Below are positions 51,459 through 64,000 of a stretch of 64,000 nucleotides of DNA, piece after piece. The stretch is from positions 38,365,385 to 38,429,384 of the forward strand of contig JAUZTB010000076.1 of the NCBI GenBank assembly GCA_034780895.1, given 5' to 3'. The notes under the pieces are model-generated. The model worked only from the letters and a program-made list of their open reading frames with translations, had not been told where the DNA came from and searched no databases. This DNA is from Rhynchobatus australiae (Eukaryota). Positions within the stretch are counted from its first letter, which is position 1, and every line of letters starts with the position of its first letter. Both the position numbers and the translations under genes were made by a program.

Positions 51459-53671
51459 TTGATTTATTAATTCTACATCAGACTTTTCTGTCTTTATCCA
51501 ACTATCTAGTTTAGGCAAAATGAAGNNNNNNNNNNNNNNNNNNNNNNNNNNNNNNNNNNNNNNNNNNNNNNNTGTATGTAAAGTTGTTTAAGAGTGATGT
51601 TCTCTGCTTGAACCGAATCAATTGACCTTTATGAAGTCTGGAGAAGTATAATAATTGGGCTTTTGGATGCAACAAATGAATTATGATATGACACAAGGTC
51701 GACTTTATAAGTAGACAAAATTGCTTTTAAAGTGCTTTCCATCTTTGATTACTTCTGTCTTTTGGTCTCAGTACTTTGTTTCTTCATCCTCCTGTTTACT
51801 CCACCCAATATAGTAAATCCTACTAGGGGCTTGGAAAATTGTTTTTAAAAAAAAACAGTATCTCCAAAGAAAAAGTCTTATGTTAATGATGAGAATAGTT
51901 TTTGGTTCTTTTTGCTTTTATGACTTTATAATGTGAGTGCTGTTTAATCTGCATATTAAACAGTGTTAAAGGAATAGTGCATCAAGCTCACTTTCTCCAC
52001 TGATCACTTGCAGTCTGCCTCAGTGTATTTTGCTTTGCTTGGTTAATCAGCTGATGAAAAACTCTAAATGCTTTGCACTTCAAGCTTTCCATAGGTAGAT
52101 AACATGGTTAGTCAGGCATATGGGATACTGACCTTAATTTGTCGGGATATTGAATACAGAAGTAGAGAGGTTATGCTCCAACTTTATAAAACCTTGGTCA
52201 ACCTCAGCTNNNNNNNNNNNNNNNNNNNNNNNNNNNNNNNNNNNNNNNNNNNNNNNNNNNNNNNNNNNNNNNNNNNNNNNNNNNNNNNNNNNNNNNNNNN
52301 NNNNNNNNNNNNNNNNNNNNNNNNNNNNNNNNNNNNNNNNNNNNNNNNNNNNNNNNNNNNNNNNNNNNNNNNNNNNNNNNNNNNNNNNNNNNNNNNNNNN
52401 NNNNNNNNNNNNNNNNNNNNNNNNNNNNNNNNNNNNNNNNNNNNNNNNNNNNNNNNNNNNNNNNNNNNNNNNNNNNNNNNNNNNNNNNNNNNNNNNNNNN
52501 NNNNNNNNNNNNNNNNNNNNNNNNNNNNNNNNNNNNNNNNNNNNNNNNNNNNNNNNNNNNNNNNNNNNNNNNNNNNNNNNNNNNNNNNNNNNNNNNNNNN
52601 NNNNNNNNNNNNNNNNNNNNNNNNNNNNNNNNNNNNNNNNNNNNNNNNNNNNNNNNNNNNNNNNNNNNNNNNNNNNNNNNNNNNNNNNNNNNNNNNNNNN
52701 NNNNNNNNNNNNNNNNNNNNNNNNNNNNNNNNNNNNNNNNNNNNNNNNNNNNNNNNNNNNNNNNNNNNNNNNNNNNNNNNNNNNNNNNNNNNNNNNNNNN
52801 NNNNNNNNNNNNNNNNNNNNNNNNNNNNNNNNNNNNNNNNNNNNNNNNNNNNNNNNNNNNNNNNNNNNNNNNNNNNNNNNNNNNNNNNNNNNNNNNNNNN
52901 NNNNNNNNNNNNNNNNNNNNNNNNNNNNNNNNNNNNNNNNNNNNNNNNNNNNNNNNNNNNNNNNNNNNNNNNNNNNNNNNNNNNNNNNNNNNNNNNNNNN
53001 NNNNNNNNNNNNNNNNNNNNNNNNNNNNNNNNNNNNNNNNNNNNNNNNNNNNNNNNNNNNNNNNNNNNNNNNNNNNNNNNNNNNNNNNGCCTAATGCTTG
53101 ATTGGAAAAACCAAACCAGTTTTCATATTTTGATTACTTCTCAAGTGATTTCCATGGGAAATTAAAAACCTCAGTACACAATTAGCCTGATTTGCAATGC
53201 ACTCTTCCCTATTGTTTGAATAGTAGGACAATGTGAATGCTTAGGTGATTGAGGCATCTATAAAGTTGATAGGACACAAGCAAGACAGATCCATACCATA
53301 AGGCAAGGAGTGAAGAATAAAACATAAATGTTGAGCCTTAGTTTAGATCTTCATTTTATTGAACGTTTTGTTGATTTATCACTGGTGTGGCTGACTGTAG
53401 AAGCCTGGTTATCTGGTGTGATCTAGTAATGGACATATTAGGAAGAGCAGCCAGGCCAATTGAGGGGCAGTGTCGAGGGAGTACAGGTCCAACACTGGGG
53501 CAGTGCCAAGGGTTGTCTGGGCTAGCTTAGGGACAGTGCTGAGAGAGCAGCCGAGCCAATATCAGGTTAATTGCTGCCAATTGAGTCTGGCACGTACGAA
53601 ATAAATGAGTTCTTGCTAAATATATTATTGATCATGTTCAAATGATACTGATGTTTGTATCTCATTTCCAG

Positions 53672-53853
53672 ATATTTAATGAGAATGGGAAAGATGTCAG
53701 TCCTCGCCCTCTCATCCTTTTGGATCCCAGTTTTACTCAAACCAGGCAAAGTAAAATTTTCTCCTCACAAGAGCTTGCATCTTCTGACTATGGCTTCACT
53801 GGTACAGTCTATCAGACTGCAGCAAACGTTAGTTTTGGTGGACCCTTTACCAG
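53672..53853 (+). CDS. DNAI4: DNAI4/WDR78 exon 3
   Basis: IFNENGKDVSPRPL...SKIFSSQE...GGPFTR resembles WDR78 VFDINGTDVTPRPL...SKLLTSQE...GQFTR. Acceptor tttccag, donor gtaact. Confidence 0.9.
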
Positions 53854-54191
53854 GTAACTCTCATTTTGCCTTAAAACACATACGGTTGAAGTTTTGAACA
53901 TTGTTTCAGAATGAGTTAGCACCCTATCTGTACCCCTCTGGGAACATGGCCTTCCCTATGGTGCCTGACATGAATTAAGCCTTTTGACTGTTAATGCTTT
54001 TTGGGCCACTTTTTTCAAAATTGGTATGAAATCCCAAAATTTGGCATGTATTATATGAGATGGAGCAGTGCATTCAGAAGACGCAGAGACAAATTTCATA
54101 TCAAAATAAAATGTTGTCTGTATTTACCTTTATTTCCTAAGTGTCAACGTATTGATAACAGGATCCATGTTCTTTCTTCTATTATCCACAG

Positions 54192-54301
54192 GTCCACTTT
54201 TGACAGTGGCAGTATCTCCCGATCAAGTCGTACTTTTTCAGATTCAATGGATGACATTGGTGACACTGGTGTTCAACACGATGCTACAAGTGTACNNNNN
54301 N
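54192..54301 (+). CDS. DNAI4: DNAI4/WDR78 exon 4 (3' end hidden in a 9-N gap)
   Basis: ccacag|G STFDSGSISRSSRTFSDSMDDIGDTGVQHDATSV..; resembles WDR78 SVLGSSTVSKSS..SESIAED. The end is inferred (54298 or 54301) from the phase-1 requirement of the next exon. Confidence 0.8.
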
Positions 54302-55145
54302 NNNTGTCACCATATTATTGTAGCTTAACACTCTGTACAAATTTGCAAGTATAATATTTGAATACTTATGTCTTTGTATTGTGGCTGGAAGGACAAGGTT
54401 TCTTTGTCAATATCAAGTTCATTAAATTCCTTGTTACCAATTCAAAAAGTTTATTATTTTAGTCACTTATTTTGTTGTTTTATGGAGATGGAAATGTCAT
54501 GAAAAATCCTATTACCACATTTAATGTCACTGCAAATTATGATGGCTGTATTATCTTCAGCTATTATTTTTACGTAATGATCCTTTCTCAAAAGTTTTCA
54601 TTAATGATGCTGGAAGGGAATTCAAGAGGATTTTAAGTTTTACTAATTATTTTAATCATGTCAGGTCTCATCTTCAGTATGATAACCATTTATCACTTGA
54701 AGATTACTATCTAAGCTAATGACTGCACCTGAAGTGTTAGCAGGTTATTGTTTGAATGGGAAAATTTATAGAAGGATAAAATGTTAAGATAGGGAAGGAA
54801 GCCTTTTGATCCCTTGCTGCACCTATGCAAGTTTTCTGAAAGAGAAGGTATGTTGCCTCACCATTCCAAGGTATTTTAACTGTTACTTTGACGTTTTTCT
54901 TTTTTGAAGCTATAATGGCAATGCCGGTGCATTATTTTCCTAACAACCATCTGCCTCTGAAAACTTATTCTAGCTGCTCCCTTTATTCTTTTGTTGATGT
55001 TCTTAAATTGGCGTCCTTTAGTTATTGATCCATGGAAACCATTTTCTCCTATTGAATAAAAATATTTCACAATTTAAAAAAACATCAGCTTTGGGTAGTA
55101 ATCCTTATTACTATTCTGTGCTCTTTTAAATGCTTATGATTTCAG

Positions 55146-55302
55146 ATGACCAAATGCGGAGGGAGAACATACGAGAACAACTGACAGATGATGAACTTAA
55201 TAAGATTGTTGATGTGTATCTCACAGAGACTGAAACATACACCTTTCTGGATCTTCCAGTTGAAATGATTTCAGTGGATTCAAAGGAAGCAGAAGCTGTC
55301 AA
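55146..55302 (+). CDS. DNAI4: DNAI4/WDR78 exon 5
   Basis: DQMRRENIREQLTDDELNKIVDVYLTETETYTFLDLPVEMISVDSKEAEAV matches the WDR78 LTETETLRFFDLP..VSVESEEAEKV segment. Acceptor tttcag, donor gtaagt. Not present in the supplied ORF track. Confidence 0.93.
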
Positions 55303-55995
55303 GTAAGTGTTTTTATCATAAACATCCTACCAAATAACTTGATTAATCTACCATTTGTATAGCTGAGCTGCTTCCACTGGAAGCAGTTTCTTAATGTTGG
55401 CTGGCTGCTGTTTATTCTGCAGATCGATCTAGAGTTTGTAAAATATTGCACTTGTCACTCTATGGCTTGTCTGATCCCTTTTTATATGTATTTAGCCCAC
55501 CTTGGGACACTATAAAATGGTATCCTGTTCTATTTTGCTATTGCATTTGCATATGCTATAAGCAGCATATTGCTACTGCCTTGCCAGAGTCTGTGCTTCT
55601 GGTCGCCACATATTCCACGAGAATTGCCAACAATAAGGGATAGTTTGTGGGTAGGATTTGTACTGAGTGGTGCCACAACAAGCCCCACTGTACAACAGAA
55701 GATCCTGAGCAACACAGAGTCAATAGGCTAAACTGTCTACCATACCTATGGGCCCAACATGAAATATCAAATAAATGGGGGAATGGAGTTGATGCAATTC
55801 CTCTGAGAGCTGGCAGACACCCAGTGGGCTGCATGGCCTCCTAAATCCTAAGACGATATGAAAAATACATGATCATGAGAATCTTGGAGGGCAAATATTT
55901 CCCACTTTCCCACTTCCCAAGTCGGGAAGCTGGACACGTTTTCTCCTTGTCCACTCTCAAGAACTGCTGCCCTTTGTGCATTAGCTTTATATTAC

Positions 55996-56289
55996 TGTTA
56001 TGGACTGGGTTACAATTAGTGAGTGTCCCTTTTTGATAGTGTGTGTGTGCGTGTGGCGTGCTTACGTCAACAGAAGGTAAAGAACGTCATGACGTTGTTG
56101 AAACAACCAGTCAGAGTCAGTCTGAAGGAGAGAGACAGACAGAAGAACAAGAGAGNNNNNNNNNNNNNNNNNNNNNNNNNNNNNNNNNNNNNNNNNNNNN
56201 NNNNNNNNNNNNNNNNNNNNNNNNNNNNNNNNNNNNNNNNNNNNNNNNNNNNNNNCTCGGTGTGTTTCTGTTGTTGCTGGTACGTAACA
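55996..56289 (+). mobile_element. Solo LTR (Gypsy-type) with 4-bp target-site duplication; interior gapped
   Basis: Starts TGTTATG and ends CGTAACA (inverted termini), flanked on both sides by TTAC (55992-55995, 56290-56293). Confidence 0.7.
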
Positions 56290-56311
56290 TTACAAACTTG
56301 CATATGGATTT

Positions 56312-57890
56312 ATGAATTAGGAACAGGAGTTGGGCTCTTGCCCCTCGAGCATGCTCCATCAAGAAATTCGATCATGGCTGATCTGATTGAAACCAATGCT
56401 CTTATTCACATCCTCCTGCAGTAAATAACCTTTCATCTCCTTGCTTATCAAGAATCTATTACCTCTTCCTTAAAGACTTATTCAAAGATTCTGCTTCTCT
56501 TTTGAGGAAATGAGTTCCAAAGACTCGGGAATCTCTGAGGGGGAATAAAAATAATTCATCTTATCTCTGTCTTAAATGTGTGTCGCCTTATTTTTTTAAA
56601 CAGTTATTCTTAGTTCCACATTCTGCTACAAAAGAGAGGCATGATGGTACAACTAGTAGAGTTGGTGCCTCACAGCCTCCGCAACCTGGGTTCACTCCTG
56701 ACCTCAGTTGCTACCCATGTGGAGTTTGTACGTTCTCTCTCTGCGACTGCGTGTGTTTCTTCAGGGTGTCCCAGTTTTGCACCAAGTCCCAAAGATGTGC
56801 AGGCTTGTTGGTTAATTGGCCACTATAAGATGCCATTCATTTGGTGATGAATGGTAGAATTTCAGGGGAGTTGATGGAATGTGGGGAGAATAAAATCAGA
56901 TGAGTGTAAGTGGGTGCTTGATGGTCACCGCAGATTCAGTGGGCCGAAAGGCCTACTTCTGTACTGTGTCTCTCTATGACATCCTCTCCACATCCACCCT
57001 GTCGAGGCCTCTGGAGATCTTGTACTTCAATTGCCCACTTTCACACTTCTGAACTCCAGCCTACTCTGTCCCACCTTTTCTTATAAGATAATCCACCATT
57101 TCAGATAATAGTGTAGTAAACCAATTCTGGTCTCAAATGCATTTACATCCTTCCTCAATAAGGTGATCAATATTGCTCGTGAGATCTCACCCAGATCCCT
57201 ATATAATTGAAGCATAATCTCCCTACTTTTGTATTTAGTTCTTCTAGCATTCTGTTAGCTTCCCTAATTACTTGCTACACCTGTATACTAGTACTTTGTG
57301 AATCATGCATTGGGTCATCCAGATCCCTCTGCATCTCGTTGTTCTACATTCTCTCACCAATTAGGTTATAAACTTTTTAAAATTTTTACTTCCAAAATGG
57401 ACAATTTCATATTTTTCCTTGTTATACTTCATTTGCAAATCTTTGTTCACTCGCATACCCTATCTGTATCCATTTGTAACCTCCTTGTGTCCTTTCCACA
57501 ACTCGCTTTCTTATTTATTTTTGGCTCATCAGTAAATTTTGCAACTATGCCTATGGTGCCTTCATCCAAGTAATTTACAGAAGTTTGAAGAAAAATTGAG
57601 GCCCCAATGGCAATCTCTGTGGCTTGCCATTTGATGCAACTTGCAACCAAAGAAAGATCCATTTATGCCTACTCTGTTTCCTGTTAGCCTGCCAATTTCT
57701 ACCCATGTGAATATGAATGCCCTTCTACAAAATCATGTTGTCTTTACCTGATTACTTTGAATTCTTGACTATAACATCTTTAACAATAGCTTTAATATTT
57801 TCTCAAAGACAAATGTTAAACTAACTGGCCTTTAGTTTCCTGCTTTCTGTCTCCCTTTTTGAATAAAGGAGTTACATTTGCTAATTTCAA
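56312..57890 (-). mobile_element. Decayed CR1 LINE interrupted by a SINE
   Basis: Minus frame IVAKFTDEPKI (KFADDTKI-like); CR1 3' tail at ~56312-56400. Confidence 0.75.
56636..56980 (+). mobile_element. tRNA-derived SINE nested in CR1
   Basis: cctgggttcactcctgacctc..ggagtttgtacgttctct.. and tail gggccgaaaggcct. Confidence 0.8.
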
Positions 57891-60800
57891 ATCTAAGGAT
57901 TTTGGGGAATATAAAATAGTGCACCAAACTATCTAACTTGGCTGAGGAATCAGTGCTCCTCCATGTTGAACACTTGGAAGAAACACTGACAGTAGCAAAG
58001 CGCAGATTGTTCTTTGGATTGAGGTCTTTAATGTGCCATACCAGGAATGACTTGGTAAGAATGCCAAGTATCTTTATATAGCAGTACAAATATGTTAAAT
58101 GTCATAAAATATGAACAGATCTGGCAGTTCAAAACCTCCATGCGCTGCTATAGACCAACAGTAGCAGCAAAAATATGCACTGCCACAAACCATAACCTTG
58201 TGGCCCAGCATATGACTGTATCATTACCATCAAGCCAGAGGATTAACCCTAGTTCAATGAAGAATGCAGAAGGGCTTGCCAGGAGCAGCGTCAGTCATGC
58301 CTAACAATTATGAAGTGCCAGCCTAGTGAAGCTGCAACATAAAACTACTACATATTAGGCAAAAAAGACACCATGCCTAGGTAGAGCTAAGCAATCTTAT
58401 AACCAATAGATTAGATCAAAACTTTGAAGTCCGACCACATTTAATTATGAATGGTGGTGGATAATAATCACCTAACAGGAGGAGGCTTAAAGAAGATCCA
58501 CATTCTCAATTATGGTAGTGTTTCTACACTTGCATTCAAATCTTCTTGCAGCATAGGCCATTAGGCTTTCCTGATTGCTTGTTGTACCACCACCTTCTCA
58601 AGAGCTGGGCAATAAATGCTGGCCATGCATTGATGCTCAAATCCCCAAAAAGTAAATAAATTGAAATAATAATATTACCAATAATAAGGACAAACTATCT
58701 CACTACAGCTGAAGGTCTGTATAGGGTATCTGTGAAGAAGTATGCCTCAGAAATGAATTGCTGGAGCCTTCTCAAACTCTTGAGTTTTTATAGGCTTGTA
58801 GAATCTTCACTGCTCCAGAGACCAGTTGCCATTCAAATTCATCTGGTTCCCTATTGACCAATATACTTGGCTCCATTCCTTTTTTTCTTTACCTCCCAAG
58901 ACCTTGAAAACTCTTTTCTCTTAACTTTCTATCCAATTACCATTTCAAGGCCCTTAATTCGGGATGTTGAGGAGTAATACAGCTCCATTATACAGTAAGA
59001 TTATGGCTGATTCAGTCTTGGCCATAACATCACTTTTCCACGCTCTCCCCAGAATGCCTTTGCTCCCTTGTAGTTTAAATGTCTGTCAATCCCTGCCTTG
59101 AATCTACTCAACAACTCCATCTTCATAGTTCTTTGGGGCAAAAAATTCCAGAGGTTTCTGACCCTCGCAGAAGAGCACCTGGTAATCATGAAATTCCACC
59201 TTGGTACTTTCAGGAGAAATTAGATAAAATTGCAGCTAATCACTATTTTTGCTCTTCTCCTCCTCACAACATTTGTAGCAAAGGTTAATGCAAACTTTGG
59301 CAATTTTTTTAATTNNNNNNNNNNNNNNNNNNNNNNNNNNNNNNNNNNNNNNNNNNNNNNNNNNNNNNNNNNNNNNNNNNNNNNNNNNNNNNNNNNNNNN
59401 NNNNNNNNNNNNNNNNNNNNNNNNNNNNNNNNNNNNNNNNNNNNNNNNNNNNNNNNNNNNNNNNNNNNNNNNNNNNNNNNNNNNNNNNNNNNNNNNNNNN
59501 NNNNNNNNNNNNNNNNNNNNNNNNNNNNNNNNNNNNNNNNNNNNNNNNNNNNNNNNNNNNNNNNNNNNNNNNNNNNNNNNNNNNNNNNNNNNNNNNNNNN
59601 NNNNNNNNNNNNNNNNNNNNNNNNNNNNNNNNNNNNNNNNNNNNNNNNNNNNNNNNNNNNNNNNNNNNNNNNNNNNNNNNNNNNNNNNNNNNNNNNNNNN
59701 NNNNNNNNNNNNNNNNNNNNNNNNNNNNNNNNNNNNNNNNNNNNNNNNNNNNNNNNNNNNNNNNNNNNNNNNNNNNNNNNNNNNNNNNNNNNNNNNNNNN
59801 NNNNNNNNNNNNNNNNNNNNNNNNNNNNNNNNNNNNNNNNNNNNNNNNNNNNNNNNNNNNNNNNNNNNNNNNNNNNNNNNNNNNNNNNNNNNNNNNNNNN
59901 NNNNNNNNNNNNNNNNNNNNNNNNNNNNNNNNNNNNNNNNNNNNNNNNNNNNNNNNNNNNNNNNNNNNNNNNNNNNNNNNNNNNNNNNNNNNNNNNNNNN
60001 NNNNNNNNNNNNNNNNNNNNNNNNNNNNNNNNNNNNNNNNNNNNNNNNNNNNNNNNNNNNNNNNNNNNNNNNNNNNNNNNNNNNNNNNNNNNNNNNNNNN
60101 NNNNNNNNNNNNNNNNNNNNNNNNNNNNNNNNNNNNNNNNNNNNNNNNNNNNNNNNNNNNNNNNNNNNNNNNNNNNNNNNNNNNNNNNNNNNNNNNNNNN
60201 NNNNNNNNNNNNNNNNNNNNNNNNNNNNNNNNNNNNNNNNNAATAGTTTCAAGCAACAAACCATCTGCTGGAGGATCTCAGCGGGTTGAACTTACAGGAG
60301 AAACTCATCAGGATCTGGTGCAGGGTTTTTACACAAAATGCCAGCATTTCCTTCCCTCCACAGATGCTGCTCGACCCGCTAACTCCCTCCAGCAGTTTGC
60401 TCGTTGTTCCAGATTCCAACATCTGCAGTCTCGTGTCGAGCAATAGTTTCCAAATGTCTAACGGTTTGATTCAGAATATTGATTAATATGCTAGTGTTAT
60501 CGTTTTCAAAATGTGAAGCAGATTTGAAGGATTAACAACCATTGCACTTGAACAAAATCCACCCAGAGGCATTTAGACAGGCACTGAAAGGGGCAAGGGG
60601 TGGAAGGGAACAGTCCTGATGGGGGTGAATGGGAATAGTGTGGATGAGCACATGGACGTGCTGGGCTGAGCAGCCTGTTTCTGTGCTGCACTACTCCAGG
60701 GCTCATTAACGATGAAATACAAACCCAACTACTCAGGGGCTAATTGTACAAAGTCAGTACGGAGCTGGGGTTTGACCAGAGGCAAACCGCACATCCAAGT

Positions 60801-62046
60801 GGTGCAGCCAAGGGGGTTCTCTGCTCCACTGTTTGCCCCTTGGCTTCACACTCTGCCCTGGCTACTAGCCCACTGTACCCAGAGCAAGTGCTCTTACTCC
60901 AAGCCACGCTTGCTCCTGACGGACACCGCCGGCATCACTCTCAGCGGTGGGAATCTTTGCTGGGATGAACGCCGTCCCAGCACATGCTGGAGCAGGAAGG
61001 CAGCTGAAGTTCCACCCTGCCAGGCAGCAGCTTCTTGGACCTTGGTACCACACATCCCTGAAACCAGACCCAGTGATGGGTCAAGGAAAAGATGGAGCTA
61101 AACTTGTGCTGATCTCAGGTCTTTCTGGCAGAGTCAAGCCACTGATTGGACACCAGGAAATGAGGAAGATCTGGAAGTGGCTGCACCAAGACCGTAGGTG
61201 TGGGAAGGACTCATGACATGGGGATTGGTGAAGCTGAGATGGTTCTGCCAGGGAGGGGTACTCACAGAGGTGCACCAAGTCGTGAAGAGGTTCGCTGGAG
61301 CAAATAATGAGCTTTCCCTTGGCAGTGACCCCAGGACATGGAGGGGTGACAACTGACACAGGAGTGAGGGGGTGAGAGGTTAACACAGGCGAGGGATTCT
61401 GACCTGGCTTCCCCGGAGGGTGGACGGGAGATGGCTGGAGCAAAGCCCCGGGAGTAATCAGACAGCTCGGTCTGCAGAGCTACGGGTCCTCAGCTCATTA
61501 TTTTTATGTCACTGACAGGAGGTGAACATCACCTCAGTGCTGACATTCACTGTCTCCCCCCTCACACACACCACCCACAACTGCCCAGAACCAAGGGGCA
61601 GTTAATGTTGGCAGGTTGCACTGACCACTGACCAGGGCAGATGTATTTCCCTCGAAGGTCACTGGAGAATCACAGGGTCCTTTACAACATTTCGAGCCGT
61701 GATGGTTATTGCCAACAGGGGAAGACTTTTTAAAACAACTGCAGATTACGTGGTTAATTTCTGCAGCTGCCACGGTGGAATTTGAACTGGTGGGGTTGCT
61801 CTCCCAGTCACTCCGAGAGTGTTGCTGCTTCATCCTTTCATGCTCTAGTAGGTTACCTGTTAGCATCCACACGTCCCTCATACACTCTAAATTATTTGTA
61901 AGGTGGAGTTAACTCTCCCATTCGAGCCAGTTCTGGAGCAATTCCCTCTGATGACAGCCAGACAAACTCTGGGCTGGTCCCAAGTCACTAAAGGAACCAT
62001 CTGATTTGGAGCACGTGGACACAGACATTAACTTTGCCAAATTATT

Positions 62047-63021
62047 CAAGCTGCGTCCTCAGCCCTCTACTCTACTCCCTGTCCACTCATGACTGTGCGG
62101 CCAGATTCTGCTCTAACTCCATCTACAAGTTTGCAGATGATACCACCGTTGTAGGCCGTATCTCAAATAACGATGGGTTGGAGTATAGGAAAGAGATAGA
62201 GAGCTTAGTTACATGGTGTCATGACAACAACCTTTCCTCAATGTCAGCAAAACAAAAGAGCTGGTCATTGACTTCAGGAAAGGGGGTGGTGTACATGCAC
62301 TTGTCTACATCAATAGTGCTGAGGTCCAGAGGGTTGAGAGCTTCATGTTTCTAGGAGTGAACATCACCAAGTGTCTGTCCTGGTCCAACAACATAGACAC
62401 CATGGCCAAGAAAGCTCACCAGCACCTCTACTTCTTCAGGAAGCTAAAGAAATTTGGCATGTCCCCTTTGACACTCGCCATAGAAAGCATCCTATCTGGA
62501 TGTATGACAACTGCTCTGCCCATGACAGCAAGAAACTGCAGAGAGTTGTGGACACAGCCCAGCGCGTCACAGAGACCAGCCTCGCCTCCATGGACTCTGT
62601 CTATACCTCTTGCTGCCTTGGTGAAGCAGCCAGCATAATCAAAGACCTCACCCACATGAGTCATTCTCTCTTCTCTCTTCTCCCATCAGGCAAAATATAC
62701 AGCAGCCTGAGGGCACATACCACCAGGCTCAAGAACAGCTTCTATCCCACTGTGACAAGACTATTGAACATTCCCTCGTACGATGAAATGGACTCCTGAC
62801 CTCACAATCTATCTTGTTGTGACCTTGCACCTTATTGTCTACTTGCAATACACTTCCCTGTAGCTGTGACACTTTACTCAATACTCTGTTATTGTTTTTT
62901 ACCTGTACTACATCAATGCACTCTGTACTAACTCAATGTATCTGCACTGTGTAATGAATTGATCTGTACGATCGGTATGCAAGACAAGTTTTTCACTGTA
63001 CCTCTGTACGAGTGACAATAA
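62047..63021 (+). mobile_element. Rex1/Babar-clade LINE, 5'-truncated and frameshifted
   Basis: CVLSPLLYSLSTHDC..SNSIYKFADDTTVVGRISNND..YRKEIESLVTWC; TTRLKNSFYP; 3' UTR shared with 16705-17014. Confidence 0.9.
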
Positions 63022-64000
63022 TAGATCAACTTCTCTGATCAAAACTTGACTATCCTAATTTACTCAGAACAACAAACTACTTCCCCTGAAAGCATACTAT
63101 TTAAAGGGCAAATCATACTCAAACACCTTTTCTGTCAGGCTGTTCCATAGCACTCTGTGGTCTCAATGCAGAGTCAAAACATTAATCACGGTTATGATTG
63201 AGCATTTCTTGCCTCTTAATTGCTTTATTGCAATCAAAACCTACTTCCAATGGGTATTTGTCCATTGGGTGGCATGGTATAAGGGTAGAAGGCAGTGAAA
63301 GAGACCATATGAAAGGAGGCATTGTAGGATTCATCACCCATGACCTAATCTATCCATGCTCCTATATATAATCTTTGAGAGCCAATGTCTATGCAGGGTG
63401 AGCTTCACCGATATGGTCCACGTTGCAATCTGTGACCTCCTGTGATCTCAAGTAAAGGCTCGCATGTGTGCATATTCTCACCGTTGAAGTCCAGGCTTGA
63501 TCCCTGCCCCGGAATCTTTCCAGACCACTGGTGTTTATCTATGTCTCTTCTCAGTTTGAGGCTTGTTGTTGCATTAGGGAATGTCCCCCAAGCTCTAAAC
63601 TCGGGGAGAAAAGACTTCAACTACTTTCCCTTCAGCCCAGTGGATGAGGCAGACCAGACATGAAGATTTGTTAGCATATAAGCTTCAGATACTGATAAAA
63701 CAGACATGGGGAATTCACTCCTAATGGTATCGCTCCATGTAATCTCCTGCAAGGAGTGCTTAGCTGTTTTGCATTACCTCCATGCCCAGAGGGCACAATG
63801 ATTTCCCTCATAAAAGCTGTAGATGGAACTTTGGAAAAGGGCATCAGTGTGCAGCTCTGTGCAATTTGAATAATGTCAAATTATTTTTAGGCCCATGTAT
63901 CCATAGTTATGGTGGAAGGTCCTGCAGAAGTATTATTCCTCAAATTTAATTTTGAATTTTTGTAATATTAGCAGAATGCCACTAGTGCATAAACTTCCTT

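Noticed and set aside
52104-53165. Long 300+ aa ORFs at 52.1-53.2 kb and 59.2-60.3 kb
   Set aside because: They are artefacts of N-runs translated as X; the only real residues are a CR1 fragment or non-coding sequence.
53440-53560. Three ~33-bp degenerate repeats (ggggcagtg..) as a CRISPR-like array
   Set aside because: Vertebrate intron, degenerate units, no constant repeat/unique spacer structure; best read as a decayed minisatellite or SINE derivative.
55303-64000. DNAI4 exon 6 (expected RNxxYxxLC..GND.Y.ER motif)
   Set aside because: Not found in readable sequence; it may lie in the 59315-60241 gap or beyond the window.

Overview
Eukaryotic, AT-rich, repeat-dense vertebrate DNA from a gapped draft assembly. 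The repeat families (CR1/HER1-type LINEs, HE1/V-SINE-like SINEs, Penelope-like elements, Rex1/Babar) point to a cartilaginous fish. Two genes sit head-to-head around a CpG island at about 32.1-33.4 kb. MIER1 (ELM2-SANT corepressor) is on the minus strand with 12 coding exons from MAE (32802) to 1774; its last exon was not found and probably lies left of the window. DNAI4/WDR78 (axonemal dynein intermediate chain) is on the plus strand, with its first 5 coding exons visible. The unexpected result is a ~3.3 kb piece of a third gene, HYDIN, lying antisense inside MIER1 intron 3: two consecutive open exons with their intron (21955-22083 and 24561-24740). It is either a real partial gene duplication or a misassembly. 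Protein identifications rest on recalled human sequences rather than database searches, and repeat boundaries are approximate.
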